Below, in pieces: positions 40,301-49,825 of a stretch of 64,000 nucleotides of DNA. The first letter of the stretch is position 1; each line of letters opens with the position of its first letter. Source of the stretch: Candidatus Omnitrophota bacterium. Lineage in GTDB: Bacteria > Omnitrophota > Gorgyraeia > Zapsychrales > Zapsychraceae. Where the stretch lies: positions 131,084-195,083 of the forward strand of contig JADFYJ010000001.1 in the NCBI GenBank assembly GCA_015233115.1, given 5' to 3'. Position numbers and translations under genes: made by a program. Below the pieces are notes generated by a model that had not been told where the DNA came from, made no database searches, and saw only the letters and a list, made by a program, of their open reading frames with translations.

Positions 40301-40528
40301 TTCATTTATCCAGAAGATAAGTTGATAGAATTGGCAAAAGCAGTTAAAGAGTTGGTCGACAGCCAAGCCAAATTCCCTGATTGGAATAAACGAGACGATA
40401 TAAAATCAGCCTTGAAAGTTGGACTGATACTTTTACTCGATGAATTCGGCTATCCACCGGTTGAGAGAGATGAAGTGTATGTTGAGATTTTTGAACAAGC
40501 TGAAAATTTTAAACGATTCAAAAAATAA
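37322..40528 (+). CDS. hsdR: type I restriction endonuclease subunit R
   Basis: RIPD...VVFEFK nuclease motif, ATGSGKS, DEAHRS, FTGTP, MWLTGFD, QTISRVNR. Confidence 0.96.
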   Translation: MKFTEEKLEKAFIELLGNENFPHHLGKSITRTVDEVLIEEDLLNYLLSKYADKQLTVNEAKSIILQLKTLPASDLYESNKTIMRWLSDGFILKREDRNQKDIHIELIDYAGLDAQFVSPDLDAVIAEPQVRYGRDYNIYKFVNQLEIVGNEKRIPDGIIYINGLPVVVFEFKSAIREDSTIFDAFNQLTIRYRRDIPELFKYNAFCIISDGVNNKAGSFFAPYEFFYAWRRVAGLAKDVDGFDSMFTLVQGMFNQNRLRDIIRNFVYIPDSSKKNEKIVCRYPQYYAAKCLYDSIKLAQKPNGNGKGGTYFGATGSGKSYAMLYLTRLLMKSIYFESPTIVLISDRTELDDQLSGQFTNAKKFIGDNTIVSVESRAHLRELLQGRQSGGVFLTTIQKFTEDTELLTQRTNVICISDEAHRSQINLDQKIKVTSAGVKKTFGFAKYLHDSLPNATFVGFTGTPIDATLDVFGKVVDAYTMTESVKDEITVRIVYEGRAAKVALNNSELEKIEKYYEEVAEAGANEYQIEQSKEETAKMNAILGDPKRLKTLAEDFVKHYELRISEGATVKGKTMFVCSSREIAYDFYKNVIALRPEWNEVKVAADNEVLTEEEKKKIKPMERIKMIMTRGKDDSKELYDLLGTNDYRKTLDVEFKNEKTNFKIAIVVDMWLTGFDVPFLDSIYIDKPIQQHNLIQTISRVNRKFEGKNKGLVIDYIGIKKQMNLALAKYNKGDKDNFEDIEKSLIVVRDHLDLLAKLMHKFDTSKYFYGSTIEQLNNLNMAAEYVQKTKEFEIRFMGLVKRLKAAYDICVGSEKLTQVERDYTHFYLAVRSIVFKLTKGNAPDTAQMNARVREMIKEALQSDGMQEILKLGNEDESEQDLFDENYLAKIDKIKLPNTKIKLLQQLLAKVIGEIRKVNRIKGIDFTKKMQALVEQYNQRDENDILRSEVYEEMAEALTNMIWDVHKEFSAGEALGIDFEEKAFYDILLELCVKYDFIYPEDKLIELAKAVKELVDSQAKFPDWNKRDDIKSALKVGLILLLDEFGYPPVERDEVYVEIFEQAENFKRFKK

Positions 40529-40611
40529 AAATCTTTCTTCACAGTTTAACAAAAAAATAATTGAGAAAACGCTAAAGCAAAATAAAGAAGATTGATGAGG
40601 GGTATGCCTGT

Positions 40612-42261
40612 ATGATTTTATTACAGAAAATTATCGGAGTGCTGGCTAAGATTGGCGCGGGAATTTTCCTGTTTTATTTATTTTGTTCCTGGGTAGTTAT
40701 TCCATTAGCTTTACCGTGGGTTATAGAAAGTCAGGGCACAAAGTTTTTGAAACATCAGGTGTTCGTGCGTTCCGCGCAATTCAATCCTTTTTTATGGAAA
40801 TTAAGTTTAAGGGAATTGAAAATCTTCGACGATAAAAAACATCAATTGGCTGGGTTTGAACGATTTAGTGTGGATGTAAGTTTTCTTAGTCTTTTTAAAA
40901 AGATCTACCGGATCGAATCAGTACAGTTGGACGGGTTGTCAATTCACGCAACGCTGGGATCTGGAGGGCATATTGATCTGATGGATTTAATCCCTCCGCC
41001 GGTACCAACCAGGAAAGTTGAACCGAAACCGGCAGCTGCTGTTACTGTTTCAATTGAAAAAAAGACCGCGCCTATGCCTTTGATCCAAGTTGATTCGATC
41101 ATAATGCGGCACGGCCAGATACAGTTTGATGATCAATCCGTGACCCCTGCTTTTAAGACCGTATTAAGTGATATTAATCTCACAATCCAAGGTTTTTCGA
41201 CTAAAACGGATGGTCAGACTGAAGTTGTTTTTGCCGCTAAATTGGATGATAAGGGGATTTTAAATGCCCAGGCATGGATAAAACCTTTGCAAAAACCATT
41301 AGAAATGGAATTGAATTTCGGCATGGATAAATACATGCTTACGGTATTGAGTCCTTATGTTGGCAAATATACTGGCCGGGAATTGCAAAACGGGATTTTT
41401 AATTTTAATACAATTTACCGGATAGGGAATAATCAGTTAACAGCTTCACATAAAATTTTGATACAGCATTTTGATTTTGGCAATAAGGTCGAGAGCAAAG
41501 ACGCGTTGCATTTACCTTTTGGATTAGCGGTCGCGTTATTAGAAGATCCCCAAGGCAGGATTAATATTTCTTTACCAGTAAAAGGGGATATAAGTAAACC
41601 GGAATTTCAGTATACACATTTGATCTGGCAGGTGGCACAGAATTTTTTTATTAAATTGATCACTAAACCTTTCGCGGTACTCGGTTCGCTATTTGGCGAA
41701 GAAAGCGGAACTGAAGAATTAGGGTATGCGCGGTTTATTCCTGGACAAAGCATTTTGTCTAAAGCTGAGCAGGATAAAATAGCAATCTTGGTCAAAGGGT
41801 TGAAAGATCGTCCTAAATTATTTTTGGAGATCAATGGCGGTTTTGACCCGAAGATCGACTGGAAAGCTATCAAAACGGAACTTTTTGAAAAGAATTATGC
41901 CGCGGCAATGGCGGAAAGCGATAAAGGCGAAAATCAGGTATATCAAAATTTGTATCAAGAGAGATTTGGAATTAGGGAGTTGTGGAAATTGAGCGGTAGT
42001 TTTAAGAAAAAAGGCGGAGGTTACGATTATCAAAAATTAAACAAAGAGATCCAAAGGCGTTTGATCGAAGATGCTCCCCCGGATAAAGCGGCTTTGGAAG
42101 TTTTGGCACAGACCCGGGCAAAAATGGTTTATGATAGTATGTCAAAAGCCGGGTTAGATACCGGCCGAATGCGCATTGGAAATCCCGGTGAGGTACAAAG
42201 CAGTATGGGTTTTGTTCCCGTGGAATTTACTTTGACGGTTTTTGACCAGGCAAGGAAATGA
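40612..42261 (+). CDS. DUF748 (AsmA-like) envelope protein
   Basis: N-terminal TM; FNPFLW; LSPYVGKYTG; LPFGLAVALLEDPQGRINISLPVKGDI. Confidence 0.8.
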   Translation: MILLQKIIGVLAKIGAGIFLFYLFCSWVVIPLALPWVIESQGTKFLKHQVFVRSAQFNPFLWKLSLRELKIFDDKKHQLAGFERFSVDVSFLSLFKKIYRIESVQLDGLSIHATLGSGGHIDLMDLIPPPVPTRKVEPKPAAAVTVSIEKKTAPMPLIQVDSIIMRHGQIQFDDQSVTPAFKTVLSDINLTIQGFSTKTDGQTEVVFAAKLDDKGILNAQAWIKPLQKPLEMELNFGMDKYMLTVLSPYVGKYTGRELQNGIFNFNTIYRIGNNQLTASHKILIQHFDFGNKVESKDALHLPFGLAVALLEDPQGRINISLPVKGDISKPEFQYTHLIWQVAQNFFIKLITKPFAVLGSLFGEESGTEELGYARFIPGQSILSKAEQDKIAILVKGLKDRPKLFLEINGGFDPKIDWKAIKTELFEKNYAAAMAESDKGENQVYQNLYQERFGIRELWKLSGSFKKKGGGYDYQKLNKEIQRRLIEDAPPDKAALEVLAQTRAKMVYDSMSKAGLDTGRMRIGNPGEVQSSMGFVPVEFTLTVFDQARK

Positions 42262-43382
42262 CAAGAAATAAGATTGGAGTAATGATGAGTGAAAAAGAAC
42301 AATATTCATGTGGTTGTTCAGATACGAATACTACGGTAAAGCACCGATCTGTTCCTGTCATTGGTCGTATTGCCACCGATGCTGGTAATATTGATGTGGT
42401 TTCAACTAAGTGGAGTATGTGTGATCATATTGGTGAGATTAAAGTAAGACTGGACATAGCTCGCATGAATTATGCGATAGCGCCCGGAGTCTATGCTTTT
42501 GGCCGTCCTGATTCGCAATCGCCGGTGTTGGTTTCGGCAAACTATAAGCTTTCTTTCGATGTGTTAAGAAGGGAACTCGAAGGTCTTGATGTTTGGATAT
42601 TGGTGATCGATACTAAAGGCGTTAATGTTTGGTGTGCTGCTGGAAAAGGTACGTTCGGGACGCAGGAATTGGTCGAGCGGGTGAAGGCAACACAGCTTGA
42701 TAGAATTGTCAGTACACGGAAGCTTATTCTCCCTCAATTGGGTGCGCCGGGAATATCTGCACACACGGTGAAGGCTCTTTGTGGATTTCAGGTCGTGTAT
42801 GGTCCTGTTCAAGCGCGTGACTTAAAGAAATTTTTTGATGCTGGAATGAAGGCTGATCCTGCCATGCGGCGGGTGTATTTTGGTGTCATGGACAGGTTGA
42901 CGGTATCATGGCTTGAACTTGCTGTTGCACTAAAAGCCGCTGTTTTGGGGACGGTGCTTTTAGCCGTATTAATTGTACTTACGTCAACAATCCCTGCCTT
43001 AACAGTGTTCAAAGGTGAAGCATGGATGTTGTTGATTTTGTTTTGGGCCTCTGTACTCTCTGGCACAGTTCTTAATGCGGTTTTGCTTCCCTATCTTCCC
43101 GGCCGGGCTTTTTCCTTAAAGGGAGGCTTACTTGGCGCGTTCATCGCTGTCGTGATTATTTACATCAGCAAACCGCATTTGGCGCTGACAACGACAGTTG
43201 CATATACTCTCATGTCTGCGGGACTGTCGGCATTTTTGGCGTTGAACTTTACCGGAGCGTCTACATATACATCTCTCTCTGGTGTTAAAAAAGAAATTCG
43301 CTATTCTATTCCCGCGATAATTGCAATGGTGTCTGCGGGTGCGCTTTTGGAAATTGTGCATATTGTGAGGAGGCTTATATGA
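42258..43382 (+). CDS. hgcA: mercury methylation corrinoid protein HgcA
   Basis: ANYKLSFD, cap-helix motif [20 protein letters not shown]-terminal TM domain with [13 protein letters not shown]; alternative start ATG 42282/42285. Confidence 0.96.
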   Translation: MTRNKIGVMMSEKEQYSCGCSDTNTTVKHRSVPVIGRIATDAGNIDVVSTKWSMCDHIGEIKVRLDIARMNYAIAPGVYAFGRPDSQSPVLVSANYKLSFDVLRRELEGLDVWILVIDTKGVNVWCAAGKGTFGTQELVERVKATQLDRIVSTRKLILPQLGAPGISAHTVKALCGFQVVYGPVQARDLKKFFDAGMKADPAMRRVYFGVMDRLTVSWLELAVALKAAVLGTVLLAVLIVLTSTIPALTVFKGEAWMLLILFWASVLSGTVLNAVLLPYLPGRAFSLKGGLLGAFIAVVIIYISKPHLALTTTVAYTLMSAGLSAFLALNFTGASTYTSLSGVKKEIRYSIPAIIAMVSAGALLEIVHIVRRLI

Positions 43383-43666
43383 AGCTCAGATATCTTTCGG
43401 GTGTTGTTACACTTAAGTACGATGTCAATAAATGTAAGGGATGCGCCAGCTGTATTGAAGTCTGTCCGCATGGGGTTTTCAGTATGGAAGCTGGTAAAGC
43501 AAGAATGGTTGATAAGGATTCCTGCATTGAGTGTGGAGCCTGTATGAAGAATTGTCCGTTTGACGCTATCTCTGTCGATGCAGGCGTGGGTTGTGCGGCG
43601 GCCATTCTTGCTTCAAAAGGAACGGGTAAGGCTGTTTGTTGTGGGAGTGAGGGAGGATGCTGCTGA
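43379..43666 (+). CDS. hgcB: mercury methylation ferredoxin HgcB
   Basis: two CxxCxxCxxxCP motifs, CIECGAC, GVGCAAA, terminal CC; overlaps hgcA. Confidence 0.96.
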   Translation: MKLRYLSGVVTLKYDVNKCKGCASCIEVCPHGVFSMEAGKARMVDKDSCIECGACMKNCPFDAISVDAGVGCAAAILASKGTGKAVCCGSEGGCC

Positions 43667-43701
43667 ATTTGATGGTGTTTTAACAGAAGGAGAATATAAA
43701 A

Positions 43702-44736
43702 GTGGCACAGTCTATAAAAAAATTATCGTTCCTTGATCGTTATCTTACCTTGTGGATTCTTTTGGCTATGGGTATTGGTGTCGGCATTGGTTTCTTTACG
43801 CCTGGCATCGTGGGCTTTTGGAACCAGTTTCAGTCTGGATCAACTAACATACCTATCGCTATAGGACTTATTTTGATGATGTATCCGCCTTTGGCCAAGG
43901 TGAAATATGAAGAATTGGGTGATGTGTTTAAGGATTACAAAATCCTTTTTCTTTCGCTCTTTCAGAATTGGTTGATCGGGCCGATCTTGATGTTTATTTT
44001 GGCCATTGTATTCTTACGGGGTTATCCAGAATATATGATTGGATTGATCTTGATCGGGCTGGCCCGTTGTATCGCTATGGTCATCGTGTGGAATGACCTG
44101 GCTGATGGAGATACAGAGTATTGCGCTGGATTAGTGGCGTTTAATGCGGTTTTTCAAGTTTTATTTTTTTCGATTTATGCGTGGATATTTATTACCATTT
44201 TGCCGGCGTGGTTTGGGCTTAAGGGTGCGGTTGTGAACGTCACGATCCTGCAGATCGCCAAAAGTGTTTTTATTTATTTGGGGATTCCTTTTCTGGCAGG
44301 GATGATTTCAAGATTTGTTTTACTTAAGGCTAAAGGTAAGCCTTGGTACGAGAATGTTTTTATTCCGCGAATTAGTCCGATGACACTCATCGCGCTTCTT
44401 TTTACAATCTTTGTCATGTTCTCGATCAAGGGCGAATACATTGTAAAAATCCCCATGGATGTTTTACGAATCGCTTGGCCATTGTTGATCTACTTTGTGG
44501 TGATGTTTTTTGTTTCATTTTGGATGAGCCGGAAAGCTGGAGCAGATCATGGTAAGTCGGTAACATTATCTTTTACTGCGGCTAGCAATAACTTTGAGTT
44601 GGCCATAGCTGTGGCGATCGCGGTATTTGGTATAAATTCGGGAGTGGCTTTTGCGGCGGTTATCGGGCCTTTGATCGAGGTTCCGGTTATGTTGTTGTTA
44701 GTTAATGTGGCCAGAGCCTTTCAAAAGAAGAGGTAA
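43702..44736 (+). CDS. acr3: ACR3 family arsenite efflux transporter
   Basis: [42 protein letters not shown]. Confidence 0.95.
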   Translation: MAQSIKKLSFLDRYLTLWILLAMGIGVGIGFFTPGIVGFWNQFQSGSTNIPIAIGLILMMYPPLAKVKYEELGDVFKDYKILFLSLFQNWLIGPILMFILAIVFLRGYPEYMIGLILIGLARCIAMVIVWNDLADGDTEYCAGLVAFNAVFQVLFFSIYAWIFITILPAWFGLKGAVVNVTILQIAKSVFIYLGIPFLAGMISRFVLLKAKGKPWYENVFIPRISPMTLIALLFTIFVMFSIKGEYIVKIPMDVLRIAWPLLIYFVVMFFVSFWMSRKAGADHGKSVTLSFTAASNNFELAIAVAIAVFGINSGVAFAAVIGPLIEVPVMLLLVNVARAFQKKR

Positions 44737-44739
44737 TCT

Positions 44740-45165
44740 ATGGTAAAAGAAAAAGTTTTGTTCGTCTGTATTCACAACTCAGCCCGCAGTCAAATGGCAG
44801 AGGAGTTGTTACGAAAACTAGCCGGTGATAGATTTGAAGTTGAAAGTGCTGGTATTGAGCCGGGAAAGCTTAACCCGGTGGTGATCGAAGTGCTGAAAGA
44901 AATCGGCGTTGATATCACTGGCAAAAAGACACAAGCGGTCATGGACATTCTTAAGCAACGTAAACTTTACAGTTATGTTATCACTGTGTGTGATGAAACC
45001 AGCGCGGAACGTTGTCCAATATTCCCTGGAGTTGCCAAGAGGCTTCATTGGGGTTTTGCTGATCCATCTAAATTTGAAGGCTCGTGGAAAGAAAAGATCG
45101 ACAAGACCCGAGAAGTTCTAGAACAGATTCAACAAAAAATAGAAATTTGGTTGAACGAGAAGTAG
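44740..45165 (+). CDS. arsC: thioredoxin-dependent arsenate reductase (LMW-PTP fold)
   Basis: LFVCIHNSARSQMAE; TVCD...CPIFPG; HWGFADP. Confidence 0.93.
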   Translation: MVKEKVLFVCIHNSARSQMAEELLRKLAGDRFEVESAGIEPGKLNPVVIEVLKEIGVDITGKKTQAVMDILKQRKLYSYVITVCDETSAERCPIFPGVAKRLHWGFADPSKFEGSWKEKIDKTREVLEQIQQKIEIWLNEK

Positions 45166-45209
45166 CCCATTACAAACATTTACGCTATTGTTCAAGTTGG
45201 TTTTTAATT

Positions 45210-45644
45210 ATGCGCTTGTGGTCGCTGCATCCTTTATATTTAGATTCCAAAGGCCTCGTAGCATTGTGGCGGGAAAGTTTACTGGCACAGAAAGTTTTAA
45301 TGGGAAAAACAAAAGGTTATAAGAATCATCCTCAATTGGAAAGATTTAAAGAGCATAAGAATCCTCAAGCAGCCATTGGATATTATTTGATGAAGGTTTA
45401 CGAAGAGGCTTATTGCCGAGGATATAATTTTGATGAGACGAAAATAATAACAAAACCAAAAAGGTTGTCTCCTATCAAAGTGACTAAAGGACAAGTAAAC
45501 TTCGAGCGCATTCATTTATTTTCTAAGTTATTAAAACGTGCCTCTGAACAAGCTATAAGTTTTCAGCAATTTAAGAGGTTGCGACTCCATCCGCTTTTTA
45601 AATTGATGCCAGGTCCAGTCGCTAAATGGGAAAAGGGTAAATAA
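45210..45644 (+). CDS. pyrimidine dimer DNA glycosylase / endonuclease V (T4 DenV-like) family protein
   Basis: MRLWSLHP.YLD.KGLVALWRE...GYKNHPQLERF; start at ATG 45210. Confidence 0.85.
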   Translation: MRLWSLHPLYLDSKGLVALWRESLLAQKVLMGKTKGYKNHPQLERFKEHKNPQAAIGYYLMKVYEEAYCRGYNFDETKIITKPKRLSPIKVTKGQVNFERIHLFSKLLKRASEQAISFQQFKRLRLHPLFKLMPGPVAKWEKGK

Positions 45645-45672
45645 TTTTGATTATACTACGAAAGGATCATTA

Positions 45673-46497
45673 ATGAGTCTTGATAAAATTAATAAAATAA
45701 TTTGGTTAATTATCGGTACCGTTGTCCTCCTAGGCATAGTTTTAATTGTTGGAGGAATGGGATGGAGTTTTTTTAGTTTTAATCGACATTATCCTTCTGG
45801 GGTTGAAATTCATACAGAAAAGGGTTCACATAAAGAAAAGAGTTATGTTTTAAAGACAGTTTATGAAATGCCGTTGATAACAGAAGGTTCAGATTTTCTT
45901 GTTGTTCCTGTGAGCCTCAAGATAGTATCTAATACACAGGAATCTGAAAGGTTATTATATAAAGCAACCGAGTCTTCATCATGGGATAGTAGCAGTTATA
46001 CAAGGGTGGATTATATTGGCTATAATTATTTTAATGGTCCGTGTCACAACCTAATTTTTATCAATAAAAAGACAGGCCAGAGTGAAAAATTGTTAAGCTC
46101 GCGGGCATATATAGATGCTGTTTTTTTCCCTGAAAAGAAATTTTCAGCTGAAGAAAAAATCAAACCAGATTTTATTTTGCTAAAGATTGGCATGAAGGAT
46201 ACCAATGGAGATGGAATTATAAATAATAAAGATATTTTGGCTGGATATTTGGTTGGCCTGGATGGAAAGAATTTAACTCAGATAACTCCTTCAGAAATGA
46301 CCATGGTTTCTTGGCGGTATGATGCAGATAGCAAGAAACTTTTCGTTAAGGTCTTGGCAGATGTTGACGGAGACCGAAAGTTTACAAATGAAGATAACGA
46401 GAAAATATTAGTCGTCGATACTCAATCACCGGCTATCGGGAATGAACTTGTTTCTGAAACAGTTAAAAAAGACATTGAGGCTGTTATCAAGTTGTAG
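45673..46497 (+). CDS. membrane-anchored hypothetical protein with DxNxDG Ca-binding-like loops
   Basis: N-terminal TM; DTNGDGIINNKD and DVDGDRKFTNED. Confidence 0.65.
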   Translation: MSLDKINKIIWLIIGTVVLLGIVLIVGGMGWSFFSFNRHYPSGVEIHTEKGSHKEKSYVLKTVYEMPLITEGSDFLVVPVSLKIVSNTQESERLLYKATESSSWDSSSYTRVDYIGYNYFNGPCHNLIFINKKTGQSEKLLSSRAYIDAVFFPEKKFSAEEKIKPDFILLKIGMKDTNGDGIINNKDILAGYLVGLDGKNLTQITPSEMTMVSWRYDADSKKLFVKVLADVDGDRKFTNEDNEKILVVDTQSPAIGNELVSETVKKDIEAVIKL

Positions 46498-46534
46498 AAA
46501 GTTATTCATTAACATTTATCAACAGATTGGTCCT

Positions 46535-48910
46535 ATGAGGAAGATCCTTTGTTTTTTGACGGCTTTGTCTATGGTTGGTTTAAGCTCATCTTTTTCGTCG
46601 GCAGCTGAACAAAACATAAATTTTAATCCAACCTTTGTTGGAAACGGAAATTTTGTATATTTCTCCGTCCCTGGAACAGCTTCCGTTGCTGATGGTTTTA
46701 ATTTGGCCGCATCGGGTGGTACGGCTAATGTTCCGGCTGGCGTCAGCGCTAATGCCAACGGGATGGCCTCGACTGTTTATTTTACAGGTGCTTCGTCTAT
46801 TGCGGGAAGCATCGGCCGCAACGGAGATCCGATTTCATTAATGACGTTGAATGGCGCGTCAAAAACAGTATCATTAGGAACCAGTTCTTATATTACGACA
46901 ACAAATTTTTCCGAAACTGCAGATGGGAATTCTTCTTTGTCGCTGGCTTCAGGCGTGAATTTGAACGGCAAAATTACCAATGCGGTTAGTGATAAAGGGA
47001 CATTAGTGCTTGCGGACGGCGTTCATACTGTTACTGGAGATATAGGAAGTACAGGAGCGGGACTGCATCTGGTCCAGGTCTATACCGGGAGCGCACTTTT
47101 TTCAGGAGATGTGAAGGCGACAGATTTTGACTTCGCAGGGAACGGCGGGAATGTTTCAATAGCCGCCGGAAAAAGTATTATAACAACAAATGCCATTTCT
47201 GTTTCTACGGATAGTGCCAGCACGATTCATTATCTTGGATCGACGTCAATCAGCCGGGATGTGGGAGCTGCGGCAGGGAATAAATTTGCTTTTATCTTCT
47301 TTGATGGCGGAAGTGTAACGCTTGGAGCGAACCTTTATACTAGTAATTCATCGTGGTTGGACGCTAAGACAGATATAAATAGTTCAACAGTGAATTTGAC
47401 GGGATCAAGGACAATCGGGGGACGACTAACATTGACCAATAATGGAAATATTGATGTTAGTAATTATACAGCTACGGTGAATGGTATTTACACACAAGGT
47501 TCCGGTTCGGCACTGAAATTAGCAGCTAATTCTGCTACAGATTACGGCAAGATCCAAACAACAAATGCCGCTGTAGTAGATTCAGGCTCTATCGTCAATG
47601 TGACAGTCGGAGGCTATATTCCGAATAATGCGGTCATGAAGATCATTGACACAGGATCATTGGGTATTGGTAGTGTTCCAGGAACTGTTACCTCCAGCAA
47701 TGCCCGTGTAAGATTTTTGCCTTCAACTTCTAATAATAATCTTATTTTGACCGCAAGCCGTACTGCAACCGGATATGCGTCTCTGGCAACGACACCAGAT
47801 TCGAATGCTGCGGGAACGGTACTGGATAATATTACAAATCCGTCGACGGACATGACAACTATATTGAACACTCTTGATGGTCTTACTAATTCGCAGACAG
47901 CTAACGTGCTTAATACCATGGTTCCGTACAGTAGTGGTTTTGACCTTCAAGTTCCGGTGACCCAAATGGAGCAGTTTGTGGGTGCTCAGATGGATCATTT
48001 AGGTGGAGTGTTAGCAATGGCTTTTGAAGATGCGTTGCCTGAAACCGGAATGTCCGCTGGTGATCAGCCCAGTTCATACTCAACTTGGTTTAAGGCATTT
48101 GGAACAGCGGCTCATCAGGATCCCAGAGGCACCAGCCAGGGGTATAATGTTTCCAATGGCGGCGGAGCAATTGGTATTGAAAAAAGTTTCTCAGATAATT
48201 TTAAAGTCGGTTTAGCCGCGGGCAATTCCGAGAGCTGGGTGCGCGCTAAGGATAATGCTACTCGCACAGAAATTAATTCTACACAGGTATCTTTGTATGG
48301 CGGTTTAAAACCTGTGACAAGTCCGTGGTATTTAAATGGTTCACTGAATTACGCGAATGGCCAGTATGACAGCTCACGCGAAATCCATGTTAGTTCTTCT
48401 GATAATCGTATTGCCAATGCCGATTATCGCAGCGATCTTTACGGCGCGGCACTGGAATCTGGATATGGGATTAAAGCTGGGAATATGATACTTACCCCGT
48501 TGGCATCCTTGGCGTATAACCATTTGCATTTAAGCAAGTATGGTGAAACTAATGCCGGTGCTATGAATTTAAATATCGCGGCCCAAGATTATGATAATTT
48601 ACGCGCTGGAGTGGGTACCAAAATTGAATTGAATAAAAATTATTCTTTTGGAAATTTAACACCGGAGATCCATGCCAAGTATCTATATGATATTATTGCG
48701 GATCGACAGAATATCATCGCTTCATTCGCGGGCGGCGGAACAGCTTTTTCCGTTGCAGGCTATAAGCCGGCCAGGTCTGGGGTTAATGTGGGGACATCAT
48801 TGACTTTGGCGACAAAGAAAAATGTGACTTTATCTTTACAGTATGATTTAGAAATGCGTCAAGATTATTATGCTCATACAGGATTCTTGAATGTTTCCTA
48901 TAAATTCTAA
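46535..48910 (+). CDS. autotransporter (type Va) with a Gly/Ser/Thr-rich passenger
   Basis: signal peptide from ATG 46535; beta-helix-like passenger; C-terminal barrel ending YKF. Confidence 0.9.
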   Translation: MRKILCFLTALSMVGLSSSFSSAAEQNINFNPTFVGNGNFVYFSVPGTASVADGFNLAASGGTANVPAGVSANANGMASTVYFTGASSIAGSIGRNGDPISLMTLNGASKTVSLGTSSYITTTNFSETADGNSSLSLASGVNLNGKITNAVSDKGTLVLADGVHTVTGDIGSTGAGLHLVQVYTGSALFSGDVKATDFDFAGNGGNVSIAAGKSIITTNAISVSTDSASTIHYLGSTSISRDVGAAAGNKFAFIFFDGGSVTLGANLYTSNSSWLDAKTDINSSTVNLTGSRTIGGRLTLTNNGNIDVSNYTATVNGIYTQGSGSALKLAANSATDYGKIQTTNAAVVDSGSIVNVTVGGYIPNNAVMKIIDTGSLGIGSVPGTVTSSNARVRFLPSTSNNNLILTASRTATGYASLATTPDSNAAGTVLDNITNPSTDMTTILNTLDGLTNSQTANVLNTMVPYSSGFDLQVPVTQMEQFVGAQMDHLGGVLAMAFEDALPETGMSAGDQPSSYSTWFKAFGTAAHQDPRGTSQGYNVSNGGGAIGIEKSFSDNFKVGLAAGNSESWVRAKDNATRTEINSTQVSLYGGLKPVTSPWYLNGSLNYANGQYDSSREIHVSSSDNRIANADYRSDLYGAALESGYGIKAGNMILTPLASLAYNHLHLSKYGETNAGAMNLNIAAQDYDNLRAGVGTKIELNKNYSFGNLTPEIHAKYLYDIIADRQNIIASFAGGGTAFSVAGYKPARSGVNVGTSLTLATKKNVTLSLQYDLEMRQDYYAHTGFLNVSYKF

Positions 48911-49715
48911 AACATTAATATGGACCGTTGTCATAATGGCAGTGATTGTTTTGACCGGATGTGCCTCAATTGAGACACAGGCGGTGCGTGAAAGGTTCAT
49001 AAAGCAAACCCTTTATGCGCCGCCATTTTATTTAACAGCGTATCATAAATTATCAGGCTCATCCGATACTCTGGTTGTTTATATTGAAGGAGACGGTTAC
49101 GCATGGGTTTCACGCATAGTACCCTCTGATGATCCAACTCCTCGACATCCGCTGGCATTTTTTCTAGCCACTCAGGACAAATCTCCCAATGTCTTATACT
49201 TGGCCAGGCCGGGACAGTTCCTTGCGGCAGGTGCTCCAGCCGTTGATCAGGCATATTGGACCTCAAAACGATATAGCGAAGAAGTGATCCAATCCATGAA
49301 TTCCGCGATTAATGAGATCAAACGTTCGTCAGGCGCCAATAAAATCTCTTTGATCGGATATTCAGGCGGTGCGGCTGTCGCTGTGTTGGTGGCTGCACTC
49401 AGGAATGACGTTACCGCATTAAGGACTGTGGCAGGAAATCTTGCTCCGGATGTTTTCTCTCAGGAGCATCATTTGAGTCAGTTATTCGGTTCATTAAATC
49501 CAGTGACTGTAGCGCCAACGATTAACGCGATTCCACAGCGGCATTTTGTCGGTCAGAAAGATAGGATCGTGACAAAACAGGTCACAGAAGCGTTTCTCGA
49601 CGCTGAAGGAGATGATTCTCGGCAAACCATGACTGAAGTTTATGGCGCGGATCACACACATGGCTGGAAAGAGCATTGGCAAAAACTTTTATTGATACCG
49701 TTACATAGTAATTAG
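48891..49715 (+). CDS. alpha/beta hydrolase lipoprotein
   Basis: LTGC lipobox; VYIEGDG; GYSGG nucleophile elbow; D and H triad candidates. Confidence 0.85.
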   Translation: MFPINSKTLIWTVVIMAVIVLTGCASIETQAVRERFIKQTLYAPPFYLTAYHKLSGSSDTLVVYIEGDGYAWVSRIVPSDDPTPRHPLAFFLATQDKSPNVLYLARPGQFLAAGAPAVDQAYWTSKRYSEEVIQSMNSAINEIKRSSGANKISLIGYSGGAAVAVLVAALRNDVTALRTVAGNLAPDVFSQEHHLSQLFGSLNPVTVAPTINAIPQRHFVGQKDRIVTKQVTEAFLDAEGDDSRQTMTEVYGADHTHGWKEHWQKLLLIPLHSN

Positions 49716-49825
49716 TAATTTCTTTATTTTAAGGCGTTGTAACTAGTATTATAGTTGCAGGGCCTTTTTGATTGGTGTATCATAAATCTCACTAAATTTT
49801 AGCAAAGAATTTTAAGGAGCATGTA

